Translations under genes and position numbers: made by a program
Shown here: positions 54,762 through 60,828 of the stretch, piece after piece
How positions within the stretch are numbered: position 1 is the first letter of the stretch
How the letters are laid out: every line of letters begins with the position of its first letter
Source: Candidatus Bathyarchaeia archaeon
GTDB taxonomy: Archaea > Thermoproteota > Bathyarchaeia > Bathyarchaeales > Bathycorpusculaceae
Length of the DNA stretch: 60,828 nucleotides
Direction of reading: 5' to 3'
Assembly: GCA_036514855.1 (NCBI GenBank)
Contig: DATBWI010000084.1
Location: 1 to 60,828 of the forward strand
Notes under the pieces: generated by a model
Database searches by the model: none
The model's input: the letters and a program-made list of their open reading frames with translations, nothing else
What the model was told of the DNA's origin: nothing

Positions 54762-55754
54762 ATGAAACCGCATGAAAGTCTGGGAGAAAGAAAAATAATA
54801 GAAATCATACAAGAAAACCTAGGCACTATGCCAAAAATGCCAATACCCTTTGGAGATGATGTTTCCGCATACGATATGGGGAATGGCAATCTAGCCGTGT
54901 TAAAGACCGACATGCTCGTTGACAAAACAGACATTCCGCCAAGCATGACTCTTTGGCAAGCCGCCCGCAAGGCGGTGGTTATGAACGTTAGCGATTTCGC
55001 TGCAAAAGGCGTCAAGCCCCTAGCAATACTCGTCTCGTTGGGGCTGCCGAGGCACCTAACCAAGAAGGACGTAGAGCAGATTGGAAAAGGATTGAACGCT
55101 GGAGCACGCGAATATGACGCGTACATTATTGGCGGAGACACGGGCGAAGCATCGGATCTGGTGATCAGCCTTTCACTATTCGGAATTGCGGAGAAGAACA
55201 AGGTGATGCTACGAAGTGGTGCAAAGCCGGGAGATATTGTGGCGGTCACTGGGTTTTTCGGTAAACCTGCCGCTGGCTTGAAAATCCTAATCAACCAGCT
55301 AAGAACAACAAAGAAAATTCGACAGGTTCTCGTTGAGTCAGTTTTGATGCCTCAAGTTCGGTTAGAGGAAGGTTTAGCCTTAAGCCAAACAAAAGCCGTG
55401 ACATCAGCGATTGATTCAAGCGACGGTTTAGCATGGAGCCTGCATGAAATTTCAAGGGCAAGCAAAGTGGGCTTTCTAATCGACAAGCTTCCAGTTGCAG
55501 GGGAAGTTGAGCAATTCGCTAAAGCAAACAAGCTAGACCCATCGGAGTTGGCGCTTTACGGCGGAGAAGAATACGAACTCGTTTTGACGCTTAAGCCTAG
55601 CCTATGGAGGAAAGCTCAGGAAGCCGTTGAACATGTTGGCGGAAGTCTCATTCAAATAGGAAAAGTAACTGTGGAAAAAGAGGTTTGCTTAGAGTCTAAT
55701 GGAAAAAGACGCCGTATTGAAGCGCGAGGCTATGAGCATTTCAAAAGCGTTTAG
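54762..55754 (+). CDS. thiL: thiamine-monophosphate kinase (AIR-synthase-related fold)
   Basis: 330 aa with GERKIIEII, FGDDVSAY, KTDMLV and MNVSDFAAKG motifs. Confidence 0.85.
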   Translation: MKPHESLGERKIIEIIQENLGTMPKMPIPFGDDVSAYDMGNGNLAVLKTDMLVDKTDIPPSMTLWQAARKAVVMNVSDFAAKGVKPLAILVSLGLPRHLTKKDVEQIGKGLNAGAREYDAYIIGGDTGEASDLVISLSLFGIAEKNKVMLRSGAKPGDIVAVTGFFGKPAAGLKILINQLRTTKKIRQVLVESVLMPQVRLEEGLALSQTKAVTSAIDSSDGLAWSLHEISRASKVGFLIDKLPVAGEVEQFAKANKLDPSELALYGGEEYELVLTLKPSLWRKAQEAVEHVGGSLIQIGKVTVEKEVCLESNGKRRRIEARGYEHFKSV

Positions 55755-55762
55755 GCTTTTGC

Positions 55763-56074
55763 CTATTTTTCAGTGTCTCTGGCTTTTTTGTGTTTCTTGA
55801 CTATTGTAACTGTGGGAGTTTGGTTTAACTGGTGAATTTGCGCGTTTGGAAAGAGTTGCTCAATTTCTTTTCGAACTTTCGCCATGTCCACTTCCCCATA
55901 AGTTCTTATATCAACTATTGGCTTGTTGTTTTCATCATAATCCACTGAGAACGTGTAGCCTGAGCCTACTTCGATTTGTGTAGGTTCCAGTTCGAAGGCA
56001 GTTTCTCCGTGTTCCGCTTCGGCTACGGGGGTTTCTGATTCGCGTTTTTGTTTGCGTTCTGCCATGTTAACCAC
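55763..56074 (-). CDS. hypothetical protein
   Basis: 103-aa ORF with an acidic N-terminus and basic C-terminus, no motif. The start may be the Met at 56065. Confidence 0.5.
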   Translation of the reverse strand: MVNMAERKQKRESETPVAEAEHGETAFELEPTQIEVGSGYTFSVDYDENNKPIVDIRTYGEVDMAKVRKEIEQLFPNAQIHQLNQTPTVTIVKKHKKARDTEK

Positions 56075-56146
56075 GAATCAACGAAAGTGCAGATGAGGAT
56101 TAAAGGGTTGTTAATGATAAATATTGATTGCAAGTTCGTGACTGGG

Positions 56147-56707
56147 TTATAATGTGGCTTTAGAGTCTAGAAGGTAGTTTATGATGGTTATGCATGAAGC
56201 CGCAAGATAAGGGGTTTTTCCAAGAGAGACTTTTTCGCCGTAGCGAAGAGCGAAGCCTTCAACCTTTTTAGGCAGCCCCACATGGTCGCCTAAAACGAAG
56301 ACCGGATTATTGCCTATTTCAGTTTTGGAGATGTTTTTGCCCGTTTCTTCAAGAACATAGATTTGCGTTTCCTTTGCTTTAGCCTTAATCAATGCTTCAA
56401 AGCTTGTTTTTTCTAGGCTTATGCCCGGATGCGATTTGCCGGAAAGTATTTTCTTCAGTATCATAGCCCATGTTTGTTGGTCTGTGCGCACATCGTAAAG
56501 TGTTGCGCCTTCAATTTTTAAATACAAGGGCGGGTTTGATGGACCATTTAGAATCGTGTGGAACGTGGTGTCTTTGCGGATGGCATGTGAAAGGAAGAGG
56601 CTGGCAATTGTGCATTCATAGGCAATGTCTAAGCGTCCGGCGTCGTGGAGATTTAGCCACTTTGAATCAGTACGGCCTAGGCGAGAATAGAGAATGAATT
56701 CGCACAA
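56147..56707 (-). CDS. trmY: tRNA (pseudouridine54-N1)-methyltransferase TrmY (SPOUT, DUF358)
   Basis: 186 aa. GRLDI, LFLSHAIRKD, NPP, PVFVLGDHVG, VSLG and ASCITIINYLLD are colinear with M. jannaschii TrmY as I recall it. Confidence 0.85.
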   Translation of the reverse strand: MCEFILYSRLGRTDSKWLNLHDAGRLDIAYECTIASLFLSHAIRKDTTFHTILNGPSNPPLYLKIEGATLYDVRTDQQTWAMILKKILSGKSHPGISLEKTSFEALIKAKAKETQIYVLEETGKNISKTEIGNNPVFVLGDHVGLPKKVEGFALRYGEKVSLGKTPYLAASCITIINYLLDSKATL

Positions 56708-56830
56708 TGATGTTTCCTCGTGGCAATAATAAGAGGATTGTGAGGGGATATAACTTGTCGCTTCGAAATCAGCGCTTTTTTGGAATAGCTTTTAACGTTG
56801 ATCTGCGATATATGGTATTGTGATGTAAGA

Positions 56831-57241
56831 GTGGGTTATGTGAAGGTGAAGGTCAAAGTTCGCAACATTCATAAGCCTGAACTTGAGGCGGAAGCGGAGT
56901 TGCTTGTGGATACTGGTGCTATTTACACTATTTTGAGACGTGAAAGGCTTAGTGGGATTGGTGTTGAGGCTAGGGATAAGAGACGGTTTAAGACTGCGGA
57001 TGGGCGTGTTATTGAGCGGGATTTTGGCGCTGTTGAATTGGCGATTAAGGAGCATAGTACGTATTCGGTTGTGGTTTTTGGAGAAGGTTCTGACGCTGAA
57101 GTCTTGGGCGTTACGACATTGGAGGAACTTGGCTTGCAGGTGGATCCGGTGACAGGAGAACTGAAGCCTTTGGAGATGCTTTTGTCATTTTGTCGAGTGG
57201 CGTGGATATGTGAAGGAAAAGAAGCCACGTTTGTTGCGTGA
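56831..57241 (+). CDS. retropepsin-like (clan AA, AF_0612-type) aspartic protease
   Basis: The GTG start gives (M)GYVKVKVKV. The active site is AELLVDTGAIYT, and the C-terminal VLGVTTLEELGLQVDPVTGEL is typical of the family. The ORF track starts at 56798. Confidence 0.7.
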   Translation: MGYVKVKVKVRNIHKPELEAEAELLVDTGAIYTILRRERLSGIGVEARDKRRFKTADGRVIERDFGAVELAIKEHSTYSVVVFGEGSDAEVLGVTTLEELGLQVDPVTGELKPLEMLLSFCRVAWICEGKEATFVA

Positions 57242-57336
57242 GACATGTAAGCAGATGCTTGTCGAAAGGCATTAACTTTTTTAACTTAATCATAGAAATT
57301 ACTCCAGTTATTGTTATTGCCGGATGAGAAGAAATC

Positions 57337-60300
57337 ATGTCCAAGGAACGTCCCACAGAACAAACTTATGCAAGCGATTTGAAGGAATGGATAGGTCAAA
57401 TAATACGAGAAGATAATCTTCCGTTTAAATCCGTGAAGGTTGAGATGGTTAAGGAAAGAAAACGGGCGGACATCCTCGTTTTTGATGAAAATGATAATTG
57501 TATTTTCATTATCGAAGTCAAACGACCAGAAGAAGCAGATGCGCCTTATGACCCAAAAGTCCTCGAGCAAGTGACGGAATACGCTAGGAAATACGAGCCT
57601 AATCTAAGGCATTTTGCAACACACAACGTGAATTTTCTGGTTCTTTGGGACTCGATAACTCTTAGACCCATAGATCAGTTTGCTATTACTTACTTGACTC
57701 AGCTTGATGAATATCTGAGGAAAACTGATGAGATACGAGACAGTTTCCGTAGGTTCCTTAAGCGGTATGTAAAGATTTTGCAAGGTGAACCGCCTAAAAG
57801 AATTGACGAAAGCATAGCCGAGGTGCTGCACAACTACATTAGGGGAACAGTCAACAGTACCGACTTGGTGAACGGTCTCATAGACAGTTATGTAAAGGAT
57901 GTCAAGTTTAGAAAGAATTTTGAAGTTTGGCTTGCTGATAATGGTTGGGAAGACCCACGAGGCGACAAGAAGAAACTTGAGAACTATTGCATGATACTAG
58001 CCAAACAATATACATACATATTTGTGAATAAAATATTGTTCTACAATGTTCTAAGAGAACGGTATCCTAGTCTTACAACGATTGCCCTGCCTAAAGGACT
58101 GACATCAGCTAACTTCTATACCTTGCTGCAAACGTATTTCGACATTGCAATCAAAGAATCAAAGAACTACCAAACTGTCTTTAAAACCAACTTTGTTGAC
58201 AAGATTCCGACACCAACCAACACAATAAACGAATTGTTGAAAATCATACAATACTTGCAATCGCTTGATTACTCGGTCCTCGGCTATGACATAATAGGCA
58301 AAGTGTTTGAGAAACTGATTCCCAAGGAAGAAAGACATAGACTTGGCCAATATTTCACTCGTTCAGACGTAGTCGATTTGATAATTGGATTCTGCGTAAA
58401 AGATGCAAATTCGGTAGTTATGGATCCTGGGTGTGGCTCTGGAACTTTCTTAATTGAATCCTACTATAGACTGAAGTGCCTCGAAGGAAAGAAAACTCAT
58501 TCTCAGTTGCTCGAACAGCTTTGGGGAATTGACATAGCAAAATTTCCTGCACACCTTAGCACAATAAATCTGGCCATTCAAGATTTGTCTGTTAGAGAAA
58601 ATTATCCCAACATAATCTACAGAGACTTCTTTGAAGTCTTTCCAAGGACACAGGTGAAAATAGGCGTGCAGAATACTCTTCACGCTTATGGCATACCCAA
58701 GTCAGAATCCACTGTAACAGTTAAGGGATTGGATAAAGCCATAATTGAAAAACGGCTACCTCTTATGACCGCTGTGGTAGGAAATCCGCCATTTACACGA
58801 CAAGAAGAAATGCGCGAAGAAATTTTTGGGCGAGACTATAAAGAGGAAACACTTCTTGCTGCAATAGAGAGAGATTTCCCCAAGATTGACCTATCGCTTA
58901 GGGCAAGCATCTATGCATACTTCTTTGTTCATGGTCTGAAATTCTTAGACGTAGGAAGTAGATTAGGATTTGTTACGCTGCGGTCATGGCTGGACGTAAA
59001 TTACGGTGAAGCTCTCAAGAAATTTTTCTTAAATCATTGCAAAATTTTAGCTATTGTTGAATCTAAAGAGGAAAGATGGTTTCATGAAGCGCAAATGCTA
59101 CCTTGCTTAACAATCCTTGAAAACTGTAACTCAAAAAAAGAAAGAGACCAAAACCTTGTCAAGTTTGTCCAATTGAAATTGCCTATTTCAAAGGTGGTTC
59201 CTCCTATATTGGAAGAACGCGACATGATCAGAGAAATCTGGAGATGGAAAGAAATAGACTCATTCGTTAATGAGATAGAGAATGCCGAGAATCTTTTTGA
59301 ATTCAAAGAAGTTGAGTTTTTTAGACGAAAAATAAGGTTTTATGAAAACGATAAGTTCAAAATAGTCATGGTTGACCAAAAAGACCTGAAGAGAGATACT
59401 AAATGGGGAAAATATCTGGCTGCTCCTTCGGTATTCTTTAGACTACTCGAAAAATCGAAAGATTTTGTTATACCCTTGGAAAAGATAGCAGATGTTAAAT
59501 ATGCAATAAAGACAGGCGCGAATGAGTTTTTCTGTTTTCCAAACCGATTCTTCAAAATCAGAGAAGAGGGTCAATGCATAGTCTTAGTGGACAAGGGTAC
59601 TGGGAAGGACAGATTTTGGATTGAGAAGGAGTATCTAAGCCCAGTCTTGAACAAGATTAAGCCACATAAGAGCATTGCTGATCTCCAAAAAGATGGATAT
59701 CTTTTGACTGTCCGAGAAAGCAAAGACAAGCTTAGAAATGAGAAAAAGAAAGTGTTGGAATATATTGAATATGGAGAAACGAAAGCGCATACTTGGAGAA
59801 ACAGAAATTACCGAGGATATCATGAAAGGCCAACATGTGCATCAAGAACTCCTTGGTATTCGCTTGACGACAGGCCGAAGAGTGCTATTTTATCCCCAAG
59901 CATCTTTTGGGGCAGACACATAGTCTTCCGCAACAAGAAAAATTTCTACGCCACTGATTGTCTAGATGAAATAAGGCCCTTTCAAGAAAAATATTCAATT
60001 ATCTTGGCGGCTCTGCTCAACTCAACCTTTGCAGCATTGTTCTATGAGTTTAGTGGTCGATACATTGAGAACAGAGATAAAACCATATCCAATGAAATAA
60101 AGATATATGAACTAAGAAGTATTCTTTGCATAAATCCAGCAATAATCGAAAAGAAGTCTCCAACAGTTTTGCAGGAACTCGAAGATGCCTTAACAGGGAT
60201 TGAGAACAAAGAAGTCAAGCCTCTCTTTGAAGAAATAACCTCACCTGAGAGGAAGAATCTTGACCAGATAATATTCTGCAAGATTCTCGGTTTGACAGAA

Positions 60301-60378
60301 AGCGAAATGGAAGATATCCGTAGCAACGCTGGCTCACTTTTTAGGCAACGAATTGAAAGATTTTCTGAAGCAAGGTGA
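57337..60378 (+). CDS. Type IIG restriction-modification enzyme (PD-(D/E)xK nuclease + gamma-class N6-adenine methyltransferase + specificity region in one chain)
   Basis: 1013 aa. The N-terminal nuclease motif is ADILVFDENDNCIFIIEVKRP (D...E-V-K). MTase motif I is VVMDPGCGSGTFL and motif IV is VVGNPPFTRQ. A C-terminal region of more than 450 aa would serve as the TRD. Confidence 0.8.
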   Translation: MSKERPTEQTYASDLKEWIGQIIREDNLPFKSVKVEMVKERKRADILVFDENDNCIFIIEVKRPEEADAPYDPKVLEQVTEYARKYEPNLRHFATHNVNFLVLWDSITLRPIDQFAITYLTQLDEYLRKTDEIRDSFRRFLKRYVKILQGEPPKRIDESIAEVLHNYIRGTVNSTDLVNGLIDSYVKDVKFRKNFEVWLADNGWEDPRGDKKKLENYCMILAKQYTYIFVNKILFYNVLRERYPSLTTIALPKGLTSANFYTLLQTYFDIAIKESKNYQTVFKTNFVDKIPTPTNTINELLKIIQYLQSLDYSVLGYDIIGKVFEKLIPKEERHRLGQYFTRSDVVDLIIGFCVKDANSVVMDPGCGSGTFLIESYYRLKCLEGKKTHSQLLEQLWGIDIAKFPAHLSTINLAIQDLSVRENYPNIIYRDFFEVFPRTQVKIGVQNTLHAYGIPKSESTVTVKGLDKAIIEKRLPLMTAVVGNPPFTRQEEMREEIFGRDYKEETLLAAIERDFPKIDLSLRASIYAYFFVHGLKFLDVGSRLGFVTLRSWLDVNYGEALKKFFLNHCKILAIVESKEERWFHEAQMLPCLTILENCNSKKERDQNLVKFVQLKLPISKVVPPILEERDMIREIWRWKEIDSFVNEIENAENLFEFKEVEFFRRKIRFYENDKFKIVMVDQKDLKRDTKWGKYLAAPSVFFRLLEKSKDFVIPLEKIADVKYAIKTGANEFFCFPNRFFKIREEGQCIVLVDKGTGKDRFWIEKEYLSPVLNKIKPHKSIADLQKDGYLLTVRESKDKLRNEKKKVLEYIEYGETKAHTWRNRNYRGYHERPTCASRTPWYSLDDRPKSAILSPSIFWGRHIVFRNKKNFYATDCLDEIRPFQEKYSIILAALLNSTFAALFYEFSGRYIENRDKTISNEIKIYELRSILCINPAIIEKKSPTVLQELEDALTGIENKEVKPLFEEITSPERKNLDQIIFCKILGLTESEMEDIRSNAGSLFRQRIERFSEAR

Positions 60379-60483
60379 GTGCAAACAAACGCATGAAACC
60401 TCACACAAAACGGTCAGAACAGAACAATATAAAAAAGAAACCAAGCAAAAACCATCAACCAAGGTCAAAATCCTCAAGAATTC

Positions 60484-60509
60484 CAATCTATTTATAGAGG
60501 GAGGGGCTA
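60484..60509 (+). promoter_or_regulatory. promoter-like motif copy (TATA box + G-rich block)
   Basis: CAATCTATTTATAGAGGGAGGGGCTA. A related copy lies exactly 200 nt downstream and a third at 43791. Confidence 0.35.
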
Positions 60510-60683
60510 GACAGTTCAGCGCAAACTCTTCTTTGCAGAAACCCTCCATAAACCATTAACAGATAACAAGCGCCTCAACACATCATTGACAAATCAAACT
60601 TCTGATACCCGCTTTAAATTCCTCCAACGCAAAGCTTCTAAACAAAAGGAGGAAAAACCCACACCTAAACCTAACCAACAATT

Positions 60684-60705
60684 CAAGCTATTTATAAGGG
60701 GGCTA
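60684..60705 (+). promoter_or_regulatory. promoter-like motif copy (TATA box + GGGGGCT)
   Basis: CAAGCTATTTATAAGGGGGCTA. The window ends ~120 nt later on ATTAGGTGAAGCT, an SD-like AGGTGA, which suggests a gene starts just past the end. Confidence 0.35.
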
Positions 60706-60828
60706 TAGGCTATCCACACACATAAACAAGAGTCCTAACCGATTCTGAGCCAGCGAATTGTCTGACAAAATCTTTAGTTTGGATAATGCTTAAATTGTCA
60801 GCCTATCTGCTTAGTATTAGGTGAAGCT

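Noticed and set aside
54626-55294. 222-aa ORF on the minus strand
   Set aside because: It lies entirely antisense to the well-supported thiL gene. The product is low-complexity (S/P/A/F-rich) with no motif and looks like a shadow ORF.
1-60828. Search by eye for CRISPR arrays, rRNA genes, IS elements/transposases and integrases
   Set aside because: I saw no regularly spaced direct repeats, no rRNA-like segments, and no DDE, serine or tyrosine recombinase signatures in any ORF. Absence by eye is not proof.

Overview
This looks like an archaeal chromosomal window. The evidence is a group II chaperonin, RpoK, aIF-1A, S26e, an L35Ae-like relic, two PurP genes, TrmY, an intron-containing tRNA, and frequent GGAGGTGA Shine-Dalgarno sites. 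A TACK/Bathyarchaeia-like origin is only a guess. All family calls come from reading the translated ORFs and recalling motifs; no searches were run. I call about 80 genes, most of them housekeeping. They include a DegT aminotransferase, TrpB2 with an ACT regulator, thermosome-rpoK, Mut7-C/pyrC, three CBS proteins, grpE-dnaK-dnaJ, rps26e and a CDP-alcohol phosphatidyltransferase. There is also a UDP-sulfoquinovose synthase next to two class-V PLP enzymes and a MoaD/SAMP-like GG protein. Further genes are an M24 peptidase, PhzF, an isochorismatase-type hydrolase, Ogg, purE-purC-purP-purP, thiL and trmY. A BlaI/BlaR1-like pair sits divergent from an FtsX/ABC/Cys-rich module. Three tRNAs are present: Met/Ile2-CAU with an intron, Pro-UGG and Thr-CGU. 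I recognised no rRNA, CRISPR array, transposase or integrase. The candidates I would look at first are these. (1) An A+T-rich three-gene cassette at 11.7-13.3 kb: an unknown protein, a coiled-coil/DUF5678-like protein and a retropepsin-like aspartic protease. (2) An A+T-rich module at 48.9-51.2 kb with an SSB-type OB-fold fusion protein, bordered by an exact 15-nt copy of the tRNA-Pro 3' end. (3) A fused Type IIG restriction-modification enzyme next to a second retropepsin-like protease at 56.8-60.4 kb. (4) An orphan UDP-sulfoquinovose synthase inside a sulfur-mobilisation neighbourhood. Smaller oddities include rpoK lacking a canonical start and lying in frame behind the thermosome TAG, an L35Ae relic with an in-frame TGA, a polypurine-encoded E/K/R tail running in frame into a GNAT remnant, and a recurring TATA+GGGGGCT motif.
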